Assembly (NCBI GenBank): GCA_046329175.1
Contig: JAXLVE010000003.1
Coordinates: 18,902-82,901 of the forward strand
DNA: 64,000 nt
Direction of reading: 5' to 3'
From: Flavobacteriaceae bacterium
Lineage (GTDB): Bacteria; Bacteroidota; Bacteroidia; Flavobacteriales; Flavobacteriaceae
This document shows positions 44,544 through 52,580 of the stretch, piece after piece (position 1 is the stretch's first letter; the number at the start of each line of letters is the position of its first letter). Made by a program: the position numbers and the translations under genes. The notes below the pieces were generated by a model. It was given only the letters and a program-made list of their open reading frames with translations, did no database searches and was not told where the DNA came from.

Positions 44544-44843
44544 GTAGTACTATTTATTTTACAAATTATTAATAAAAATAATAACAATAACTTAATATGC
44601 AACCTGCAATAATACACAATTGACAACATTAACATAACATTGTTTCGGATTTTATTTTTACAAACTATTGAAAGATGGTTTATTAAAAAATTAAAATTGC
44701 TGAAAATGAACAAATTACACCTTTTAATAAATTGTTTCATCATGCTTTCTTACAAAAGTTAAATTTTTAGCCGAAATGCCTATTTCTGTATTATCCTTTG
44801 AATAAAAGCCTAATTTTGAAATTCCTTGCTTGAAAATATGGCT

Positions 44844-46262
44844 ATGAAAAGACTTTTTTTATTATTCCCGCTGATGTTGTTGTTTTATTGCAGCAATGTT
44901 GAAATGAATGAAAATGCTGATGCTTCGGTACAAAAAGCAACCAATCCGGATGTGGTCACGGAAGTTTTCAACCTTAAGCAAGTTCCCACCATCACCGTTG
45001 AAGTGAGTTTGGATCAGTGGAATAAAATCCTCACCAACTACGATTTGAATCCGGCCAATGATAAAAAAGTGGTCTCGAAATTTACTTTTTCGGTAAACGG
45101 CAGAACGACTGTAATTGACAGCGTTGGACTCAGACTCAAAGGCAATACAAGCCGACGCCGTCCTGAAGGCGATACCGGTTTGTTACACGATGCGGTTAAT
45201 CCAGATTGGCATCATTGTCATTTTGGTTTTGACTTTTCTAAATACCGTGACGGACAAAATTTTAAAGGTCTGGACAAACTCAATTTGAAGTGGTTCAAAG
45301 ACGATGCGGCCTATTGTCGCGAAATCTACAGCTATGATTTGTTTAAAAGATTTGGTTGTTGGAACGCGCCCTCGGCTTCGTATTGCAGACTATACATTAA
45401 AGTACAAGGCGATGCACAACCGTCCTATTTTGGGGTTTACGCAATGATTGAAAACATCGACGAAGTATTCATTGCCAAAAATGCCGCTCAATGGGGCGCT
45501 GGTGTTGGTTTTTTGTGGAAAGGCGGCTGGAGCGGCGCTAACAATGCCAATTTTGTTTCAACCGAAAGTATCGGTGTTGAGGATGTGAACATCAATCCGG
45601 CACTGTCAACTTATTACGCCTATGATTTAAAAACCCGCAAAAGCGAACTGACTTCGGCCAAAACTGAATTGTTGCAATTTATCTCAGATTTAAATACCCG
45701 AACTGGAACTGATTTTCAAAATTGGATTGCCCAAAAAATGGATGTGCCTTTGTTTTTAAAAACCTATGCCGTGAATGTTGTCTTGGGCATGTGGGACGAT
45801 TATTGGGTTAACGGAAACAACTTTTATTTTTATTTTGCACCCAACGGCAAAGCTTATTTTATTCCGTATGATTATGACAATACGCTCGGAACTTCGCAAA
45901 TAATCGCTAATTCAGGAACACAAAATCCGCTTGCTTGGGGCAATATGACGCAGCGTCCACTAATTACTAAAATCTTGGCTATTCCACAATATCAACAGCT
46001 ATATAAAAGCTATTTGTCAGAGTTGGTCAGCACTAATAAAGATTATTTTTACTACAGCAAAAGTGTTCCGCGTATTCAAGCCTGGCAGAGTATGATTGCT
46101 CCTTATGTAAGCAACGATACCGGCGAGGACATGCTGATTGAAGACAAACCTGCCTTTTGGGGTAACCAACCGAATTATCGTTTGTTAACCGGAGGCCCTT
46201 TTGGCGGAAGCTCCGGCCCGGCCAATTTCTTTACCAGTAAAAGAACCGTAATTCCTTGGTAA
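44844..46262 (+). CDS. CotH-family (atypical kinase fold) secreted lipoprotein
   Basis: Signal/lipobox MKRLFLLFPLMLLFYCS. LRLKGNTSRR, KWFKDDAAYCREIYSYDLF and NFYFYF...PYDYDNTLG match CotH conserved blocks. Start chosen at the third in-frame initiator. Confidence 0.7.
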   Translation: MKRLFLLFPLMLLFYCSNVEMNENADASVQKATNPDVVTEVFNLKQVPTITVEVSLDQWNKILTNYDLNPANDKKVVSKFTFSVNGRTTVIDSVGLRLKGNTSRRRPEGDTGLLHDAVNPDWHHCHFGFDFSKYRDGQNFKGLDKLNLKWFKDDAAYCREIYSYDLFKRFGCWNAPSASYCRLYIKVQGDAQPSYFGVYAMIENIDEVFIAKNAAQWGAGVGFLWKGGWSGANNANFVSTESIGVEDVNINPALSTYYAYDLKTRKSELTSAKTELLQFISDLNTRTGTDFQNWIAQKMDVPLFLKTYAVNVVLGMWDDYWVNGNNFYFYFAPNGKAYFIPYDYDNTLGTSQIIANSGTQNPLAWGNMTQRPLITKILAIPQYQQLYKSYLSELVSTNKDYFYYSKSVPRIQAWQSMIAPYVSNDTGEDMLIEDKPAFWGNQPNYRLLTGGPFGGSSGPANFFTSKRTVIPW

Positions 46263-46269
46263 TAAAAAA

Positions 46270-46293
46270 AAGCCGCTCTTGTGGAACGGCTTT
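46270..46293. terminator. bidirectional terminator hairpin between convergent genes
   Basis: aagccg-ctcttgtggaa-cggctt, flanked by an A-run upstream and a T-rich tract downstream. Confidence 0.45.
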
Positions 46294-46312
46294 GGTTATT
46301 TTGAATTATTGC

Positions 46313-46849
46313 TTAAAATTTAAAAGATGCTCCGAGTTGAATGACTTGGTGTTTTGCGTCAACATCTTTGAAAATGTTTGTCAAACCATGTACATAACGA
46401 GCACTTAGCGATAATCCAACCGGGAAATTTATTCCCAAACCTCCGGCCACCGATGCGTCAAAGCTGTTTAAATCATCATTGTTTTCAAGATTGTCATTGA
46501 CTTTGTAACCGATTTGTGGCCCGGCTTCAAGACTAATGGTTTTGAGCATATATACGCGCGCCATAACCGGAAGTTGCAAATAGCCAATGGTGTAATTCGT
46601 GTCGTTGGCTTTGTATCCCTGCATCGAATATTGCAACTCAGGTTGAATGAAAAACAACTCCGGAACTACCACAAATTCTTTATAAACACCTGCATAAAAT
46701 GAGGTAATCGGTTTTACATCTGATACATCTTTTCCGGTAATCGTCGCCACACTCGCTCCTGCTCTGATGCCAATTTTTTGCGCTTGAACAGTCGATAATG
46801 CCATCAGGCCCATAGTCAAAACTATTGTTTTAAAAATTTTCATATTCAT
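46313..46849 (-). CDS. small outer-membrane beta-barrel (porin-family) protein
   Basis: 178 aa. Signal peptide ending VQAQ, alternating hydrophobic strands and a C-terminal ...LGASFKF terminal Phe. Confidence 0.75.
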   Translation of the reverse strand: MNMKIFKTIVLTMGLMALSTVQAQKIGIRAGASVATITGKDVSDVKPITSFYAGVYKEFVVVPELFFIQPELQYSMQGYKANDTNYTIGYLQLPVMARVYMLKTISLEAGPQIGYKVNDNLENNDDLNSFDASVAGGLGINFPVGLSLSARYVHGLTNIFKDVDAKHQVIQLGASFKF

Positions 46850-46900
46850 ATCATTGTTGGGTTTAACGCTTCAAAAATAAACATTAATCTCAAAGACAAA

Positions 46901-48490
46901 TTATCGCTTGAAAATTAGTTCCGATAATCGTCCGTCTCGTTTATAAACATCGTCATAAAAACGCAATATTCCTTCGCGGTCAACCCAAGCAGTGAAATAA
47001 CCAATATACACCGGAACGGGTTCTTTTAAAGTATACCACGATTCTGTTCCGGCATACATTACTTTTTCAACCTTTTCGGGCGTCCAATTCGGATCGTCTT
47101 CGAGTAAAGTTTGCGCCAATTCTAGCGGTTTGGCCACGCGGATACAACCATGGCTAAAAGCTCTTGAATTTCGGTTGAACAGACTTTTAGCCGGAGAATC
47201 GTGCAAGTAAATATTGTTCGAATTCGGGAATAAAAACTTCACCCAACCCAGTGAATTTTGCGCGCCGGGTTTTTGTCTGACGCGCCCTTTGTTCCATTCC
47301 ATATCGTGTTTAGCGAGGTAATCTTTGTCTTTTTCGATGGCCGGTTTGATCTCTTTTTTGATGATGCTCGGCGGCACATTCCAATACGGACTAAAGACAA
47401 TGTATTTCATCATTCCGCTAAAAATCACGGTTTGATTCATGACTTTTCCAACCACAACGTTTGATTCTAAGGCGGGCTTTCCGTTTTTGTAATACACCAA
47501 TTCATACGACGGAATATTGACAGCTATATATTGTTTGCCTTGGCTCATCTCGGCGGGAATCCATCGGCAACGCTCCATATTAACCATGAGCGTTTTGATA
47601 CGACTTTTGAGCGGAATATTCATCGAACGAATCATTTTTCCTGAAATCAATTCTGATGGCGTTAAACCAATGGTTGCTTTGTATTTTCTGACAGGGCGAG
47701 CCAAAGATTCGTCAAAAATTGCACTTTGATTGTCTTGATTCAGATAACCCATCAAATACAATCGCTTGCGCACATGAGCCACCAAATCTGAAGTATCACC
47801 AACTTTGAGCGGATCCATATCAAACGGAATTTTGACCGTATCTACATCGTTTTTACGCGCTGCTTTTTGGTAACGCCCGAGCATTTCTTTGAGCTTGTAA
47901 TATTGTGGCAAAATATTTCGCTCGTTCTTTTCAATCAGCTTCGGATTGGCCATCAGTGAATCGAGATAATGCACATAAGAAACCTTCTTACGCGGCAAAT
48001 ACCAACCCAGTTCCCGAGAGGTTTTTGCATCAAATCCGTGAAAAACTTTGTCGGCATAAAAAAAATAAAAAGCCGAAATCAGATAGTCATTTTCAGAATT
48101 GCTCAAAGCGGGTTTGCCGGGTTGAAAAATTTCTTCAAGATAAGATTTGTAGAGAATTTTAGTGTGAACGCCTTCGGTTTCAATCGTGTTGATTTTACTG
48201 TGCAGTAAATGACCTAATTCTGTAATTCCTTTAGCATCAAACCAAATAAATTTCCAGTGATGGTTTCGATATAATTCGCGCATTTGCGGCTCATATTGGG
48301 CCAATTTCGGATATCGTTTGACAAACCAATGTAACTTTAGGCTATCGGGAGCGACTTCTTCAATGGGCTTTTCAGGAAGATTTTTTTTGTGAGACTGATG
48401 ATTTGATTTTTGATGATCATCGCGTTTACAAGCGGTCATCGCCAAAATAAAAATCAGAGTAAGACGCAAAATCCAAAGACGACCCAACAT
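46901..48490 (-). CDS. L,D-transpeptidase (YcbB/YkuD family) lipoprotein
   Basis: YkuD catalytic motif SHGCIRV, preceded by IYLHDSP. A PG-binding-like middle region is present. ATG at 48490 gives the lipoprotein signal MLGRLWILRLTLIFILAMTAC. Confidence 0.8.
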   Translation of the reverse strand: MLGRLWILRLTLIFILAMTACKRDDHQKSNHQSHKKNLPEKPIEEVAPDSLKLHWFVKRYPKLAQYEPQMRELYRNHHWKFIWFDAKGITELGHLLHSKINTIETEGVHTKILYKSYLEEIFQPGKPALSNSENDYLISAFYFFYADKVFHGFDAKTSRELGWYLPRKKVSYVHYLDSLMANPKLIEKNERNILPQYYKLKEMLGRYQKAARKNDVDTVKIPFDMDPLKVGDTSDLVAHVRKRLYLMGYLNQDNQSAIFDESLARPVRKYKATIGLTPSELISGKMIRSMNIPLKSRIKTLMVNMERCRWIPAEMSQGKQYIAVNIPSYELVYYKNGKPALESNVVVGKVMNQTVIFSGMMKYIVFSPYWNVPPSIIKKEIKPAIEKDKDYLAKHDMEWNKGRVRQKPGAQNSLGWVKFLFPNSNNIYLHDSPAKSLFNRNSRAFSHGCIRVAKPLELAQTLLEDDPNWTPEKVEKVMYAGTESWYTLKEPVPVYIGYFTAWVDREGILRFYDDVYKRDGRLSELIFKR

Positions 48491-48589
48491 GAAGAAAAAA
48501 TTTAGCTGTGTAAAAGTACACAAACTAAAGGCACATCAATGTTGACAAAACCGAAGATTATCTATTTTTAAAAAATCAAATGTAAAATT

Positions 48590-49093
48590 ATGAGAAACTT
48601 ATTCTTTTTATGCCTGATGATTGTATGTTCCGGCAGCATGCTTTGGGCGCAAAACAAAACGACCATCGAGATTGATGCCTTGCTCAATCAATGGCACAAA
48701 GATGCCGCAGTGGCCGATGCTGAAGCCTATTTTGGCGCTATGGCAGATGATGGAATTTTTATCGGAACCGACGCTACCGAAAACTGGAACAAAAAGCAAT
48801 TTCAAGCTTTTGCCAAACCTTATTTTGACAAAGGAAAAGCTTGGGATTTCAAACCTTTTGAGCGTCATATTTATCTAAGTGCCGACGGAAAAACGGCTTG
48901 GTTTGATGAACTTTTAGACACTTGGATGAAAATTTGTCGCGGTTCGGGCGTATTGCAAAAAGAAGGAAACGCCTGGAAAATCAAACATTATGTGCTTTCG
49001 ACAACGGTTCCGAATGACAACATTAATGAAGTAGTCAAAATTAAAACGCTCATTGAAGACGAGCAAATCAAAAAACTCAAAAAAACCAAATAA
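48590..49093 (+). CDS. NTF2-like (SnoaL/DUF4440-like) secreted protein
   Basis: 167 aa. Signal peptide, then the W..D...AD...YF pattern and a size typical of the NTF2 fold. Confidence 0.5.
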   Translation: MRNLFFLCLMIVCSGSMLWAQNKTTIEIDALLNQWHKDAAVADAEAYFGAMADDGIFIGTDATENWNKKQFQAFAKPYFDKGKAWDFKPFERHIYLSADGKTAWFDELLDTWMKICRGSGVLQKEGNAWKIKHYVLSTTVPNDNINEVVKIKTLIEDEQIKKLKKTK

Positions 49094-49113
49094 GCCTTAT
49101 ATAAAAAATGTTG

Positions 49114-49150
49114 AATTCCTGCTTTTCAAAAAAGAGCAGGAATTTTTTTT
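49114..49150 (+). terminator. intrinsic terminator
   Basis: aattcctgct-(11 nt loop)-agcaggaatt followed by tttttttt. Confidence 0.65.
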
Positions 49151-49214
49151 GCCTCAAAAAAACCCAAAATGAATTTATTGCGTACATGGCTCAAACAACC
49201 TAAATCTTAATGCC

Positions 49215-49619
49215 ATGAAACTTCGTAAAAAAATTGAAATCGCTTTGGTTAGCGCTCTCGGCATCTCGCTCATGCTGTCCATCATTTTGCTAACGCAATA
49301 TGCCACAAGCCAACCGATTGAAAAAACAAAACTTGAAATAAGCAAAATCAAGTTCAACCAACCGCTGGGCCCAATGAAAAAAATGGAGGTAAAAGCTATT
49401 CTTCGCGCCATTCCCGGAATTGAAGACGAGGTGATTGTTCAAGGCAATACCGCGGTTTGTTTTAGAGATGCCAAAATTTGTGACGAACAAAAAATGATGG
49501 ATCAATTATCGGCGGGTCATTATCTCGGTCAAATATCCAGATTAACTACAGAATACGACCATTCAGTCTACAGAGGAAAGCTCCACCGATTTGCGATTGC
49601 TACCAGAAATTCCGAATAA
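49215..49619 (+). CDS. membrane-anchored hypothetical protein, paralog 1
   Basis: 134 aa. One N-terminal TM helix, then a domain alignable to the next gene (KLEISKIKFNQP...IPGIEDEVIVQGNTAVCF versus TIQISRIDFDQP...IPGVKKGVLVKKNVVVYF). Confidence 0.55.
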   Translation: MKLRKKIEIALVSALGISLMLSIILLTQYATSQPIEKTKLEISKIKFNQPLGPMKKMEVKAILRAIPGIEDEVIVQGNTAVCFRDAKICDEQKMMDQLSAGHYLGQISRLTTEYDHSVYRGKLHRFAIATRNSE

Positions 49620-49767
49620 ATTTTATGAAATAAACAACCCTTTTTTTCCCAATCAACCCATCCAACCCTAGATAGCTGTTCAGGGCAGCTTTGATAAAAT
49701 TTAAACCCGCGGCCCATCACTGCATCAAGAAAAACCCTGGATTTCTAACGCAAAGTTAGATTTGCTC

Positions 49768-49803
49768 CCGCCTGTCAAGTTGATGATGGCAGGCGGTTTT
49801 TTT
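49768..49803 (+). terminator. intrinsic terminator inside the 204-nt leader of paralog 2 (possible attenuator)
   Basis: ccgcctg-(15 nt)-caggcgg followed by ttttttt, ending 20 nt before the ATG at 49824. Confidence 0.55.
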
Positions 49804-49823
49804 AACTAAACGAAACAAACAAA

Positions 49824-50249
49824 ATGAAAAAGAAAATCAAATTAGTCCTCTTGGGTCTTAGTGGAACGGCTTTGCTTTTATTTTTGGTTTTAATCGTCCA
49901 TATTGCTCTTGTTAAACCTCCTGAAAATGCGACCATTCAAATTAGTCGAATTGATTTTGACCAGCCATTTGACGTTCAAAAAACGGCTGAAATAACCCGA
50001 CAAATAGAATCCATTCCGGGTGTAAAAAAAGGTGTTTTGGTCAAAAAAAATGTGGTGGTTTATTTTCATGATAACCGCGTGGCTGATTCCAAAAAAGTCT
50101 TTGATGAACTCACGAAAAAAGGAAACTACAAAGCCAAAAGATTTATCATCAGCGCTGATTTATCGCAAAAACAAGTTTGTCCAGTGATGAATCAAAACAG
50201 TTTTTATTTCAAATTATCCAAAATAGTTCACAAGTACATTCACCCATAA
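49824..50249 (+). CDS. membrane-anchored hypothetical protein, paralog 2
   Basis: 141 aa. One N-terminal TM helix and a ferredoxin-like (HMA-like but without CxxC) pattern shared with 49215-49619. Confidence 0.6.
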   Translation: MKKKIKLVLLGLSGTALLLFLVLIVHIALVKPPENATIQISRIDFDQPFDVQKTAEITRQIESIPGVKKGVLVKKNVVVYFHDNRVADSKKVFDELTKKGNYKAKRFIISADLSQKQVCPVMNQNSFYFKLSKIVHKYIHP

Positions 50250-50261
50250 TTTATAGAAATC

Positions 50262-50852
50262 ATGAAAAACAATTTTAAACTTTGCCTTTTAGTTTTGATG
50301 GCTGCGGGCTCATTCTCTTCGTGTAGTAAAGACGATGACTCATCAACACCCGCAAAACCCTCTATTTATGCCCGATTGGGCGGAACCGCTTTAGTTCAAG
50401 ACCCTGATGCTCCCACCGGAACGATGATTGAAGCCGGAAGATTGAGCTACCGAAAAGTCGTCAATTCAACCGTGCAGCTCATCGTTGCTGATATTCAAGC
50501 GGATGCTCCAGGCAATTTGAGTGCGCATTTTGCTCCGTTATTGTCTGAAGTCGGTGCCGGAAACACAACCAATTTGGCCATTTTAACCGACAATCTAACA
50601 GACTTCTTTTCGTACAATACCGGCGGAACGAATCCTGTGAATAAATACGAAGGAAAAAACATGGCCGATGCGCACAATCCTGCTACCAACCCAAGAATGG
50701 GCGTTAAATCAACCAACGCCGATTACGACAAATTTGAGGGCTATGTAGGCGCAGCTGCTCAAGCGAATGGGGTTGCTGCCAATACAGAATTATACAACGA
50801 CGTTGTAGCTGTTTTGGAATCGCTTAGAAGCCCGATTGTACAAACTCCTTAA
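50262..50852 (+). CDS. lipoprotein with group-1 truncated-hemoglobin-like domain
   Basis: 196 aa. Lipobox FSSC|S. The trHb-like blocks YARLGG, FFSYNTGG..KYEGKNMADAH and ADYDKFEGYV...ANGV are present, with an insertion after the first block. Confidence 0.5.
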   Translation: MKNNFKLCLLVLMAAGSFSSCSKDDDSSTPAKPSIYARLGGTALVQDPDAPTGTMIEAGRLSYRKVVNSTVQLIVADIQADAPGNLSAHFAPLLSEVGAGNTTNLAILTDNLTDFFSYNTGGTNPVNKYEGKNMADAHNPATNPRMGVKSTNADYDKFEGYVGAAAQANGVAANTELYNDVVAVLESLRSPIVQTP

Positions 50853-50877
50853 GAAACCTCTTTTGTTTTTTATGAAA

Positions 50878-50907
50878 AGCCGCCTCGTAAAAAAGGCGGT
50901 TTTTTTA
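50878..50907 (+). terminator. intrinsic terminator
   Basis: ccgcct-cgtaaaaa-aggcgg followed by ttttttt. Confidence 0.6.
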
Positions 50908-51846
50908 TTTACTTAAATTTTCGAGCATTTCATCTGTAATCGCTGATAAGTCAAAACTGTGTTTCCAGTTCCAATCTTGGCGAGCCGAAGAATCATCAAT
51001 GCTCGCCGGCCAACTGTCAGCTATTTTCTGACGGAAATCCGGCTTATAACTAATTTTAAAATCGGGAATGCGCGTTTGAATTTCGGCGGCAATTTCCGCC
51101 GGAGTAAAGCTAATTCCAGCCAGATTATAAGAGGAACGAATTTTAATCTGTTCAGAAGGCGCTTGCATGATTTCAATAGTGGCGCGAATTGCGTCGTCCA
51201 TATACATCATCGGAAGTTTTGAATTTTCAGACAAAAAGCACTCAAAGGTTCCCTCTTTTAAAGCTTTGTGGTAAATGTCTACGGCGTAGTCGGTGGTTCC
51301 GCCGCCGGGTTCTGTTGTCCAACTAATCAAGCCCGGATACCGGATGCTGCGGACATCCACACCGTATTGATGGTGATAATATTCGCACCAACGCTCACCG
51401 GTTTGCTTCGAAATTCCATACACCGTAGTAGGCTCCATGATGGTGAATTGCGGCGTGTTTTCTTTGGGCGTTGTCGGGCCAAAAACCGCAATGCTCGAAG
51501 GCCAAAATATTTTTTTGATTTTTCCGGCCTTGGCCAAATTGAGCACGTGAAAAAGCGAATTCATGTTCAAATCCCAAGCAAATGCCGGGTTTTTTTCAGC
51601 AGTTGCCGAAAGCAGTGCCGCCATCAAATACACATCGGTAATCTGATATTGTTCGATAAGATGTTCAATTTGGTTGTAATCGAGCGCATTGACCACTTCA
51701 AAAATACCATTGTTGACAATGTCGTTGTTGAGTTTTCGGATGTCAGACGCGACAACATTTTCAACGCCGTACATATTTCTCAGACGCGTGGTCAGCTCGG
51801 TGCCGATTTGTCCGCAAGCGCCGATAATGAGTATTTTTGTGTTCAT
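50905..51846 (-). CDS. tdh: SDR/epimerase-fold L-threonine 3-dehydrogenase
   Basis: 313 aa. IIGACGQIG glycine loop and YGISK catalytic YxxxK. The overall pattern resembles the UDP-glucose-4-epimerase-like TDH family. Confidence 0.65.
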   Translation of the reverse strand: MNTKILIIGACGQIGTELTTRLRNMYGVENVVASDIRKLNNDIVNNGIFEVVNALDYNQIEHLIEQYQITDVYLMAALLSATAEKNPAFAWDLNMNSLFHVLNLAKAGKIKKIFWPSSIAVFGPTTPKENTPQFTIMEPTTVYGISKQTGERWCEYYHHQYGVDVRSIRYPGLISWTTEPGGGTTDYAVDIYHKALKEGTFECFLSENSKLPMMYMDDAIRATIEIMQAPSEQIKIRSSYNLAGISFTPAEIAAEIQTRIPDFKISYKPDFRQKIADSWPASIDDSSARQDWNWKHSFDLSAITDEMLENLSK

Positions 51847-51980
51847 TTGTTTTGGATTTGCGTGTAAAGATAAAGCAATTTGAGCGGTCGAAAATGGTAA
51901 TTAATTCACAAAAACACAACTCAAACTACAAACTGTTGGATTTCTTTCGGTTTACCTTTGTAAATTTGCCACTCAATTAT

Positions 51981-52568
51981 ATGATGATGAATTTTAAATC
52001 GCTGTTGATTCTTTTTTTGATGTCCTTTCCGCTGGCTTGTCAACAAACCGACGAGCGCGAATTGGCGCAACAGCAAAAAGCACTTCAAGCCCGCACACTC
52101 ATCTTGAACGAAATCAAAAGCGGTTGGCATTTTCACACACCAGCCTTACGCCCGGATACACAGAATATGTTGCGCAATTGGGCCGAACTCAGACAATTCA
52201 ACTCTGAGATTATGCAAACGCCAGGAAGCTCCATCGGCGGATTTCAGAAAAAAGCCAAAACCCTATCCAAAAAAGCAGCAGAATTGGGCAAAAGTATTCC
52301 GGCCGAATTTGATAAACCCGAAGTAAAATCGCGGATTGCGGCGCTAACCACCAAAATTAATCAAATCAATTTATACCTCAATATTCGCGAAATTCCGGCC
52401 AAAAAAATCAGCGCTTTGGTAGCCGATGCTGATGCGGCTTGGTCAGCACTCTATCGCGAAATGAACGAAATTGTCCAAAAAAGCAAAATCCCGCTTGAAG
52501 AAGGCGAATCAGATATTCTCATGATGCAAGATTCTTCACGCGCCATTCCGGATTTAGCGACCCAATAA
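51981..52568 (+). CDS. hypothetical lipoprotein (helical)
   Basis: The internal ATG gives MMMNFKSLLILFLMSFPLAC|QQ. The remainder is predicted helical. I do not recognise a family. Confidence 0.5.
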   Translation: MMMNFKSLLILFLMSFPLACQQTDERELAQQQKALQARTLILNEIKSGWHFHTPALRPDTQNMLRNWAELRQFNSEIMQTPGSSIGGFQKKAKTLSKKAAELGKSIPAEFDKPEVKSRIAALTTKINQINLYLNIREIPAKKISALVADADAAWSALYREMNEIVQKSKIPLEEGESDILMMQDSSRAIPDLATQ

Positions 52569-52580
52569 AAGCCTATTACA

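Noticed and set aside
49700-49730. acccgcggcccatcactg in the 49620-49823 leader, reminiscent of a cobalamin-riboswitch B12 box (GCCACTG); ccgcc/tgatgatgg, reminiscent of a fluoride riboswitch.
   Set aside because: The other conserved elements of those classes are not present in the right arrangement: the GGGAA/GGTG..AATCC core for cobalamin and the 5' GGnGAUGG pseudoknot for crcB. The class therefore remains unassigned. Only the generic structured-leader observation is reported.
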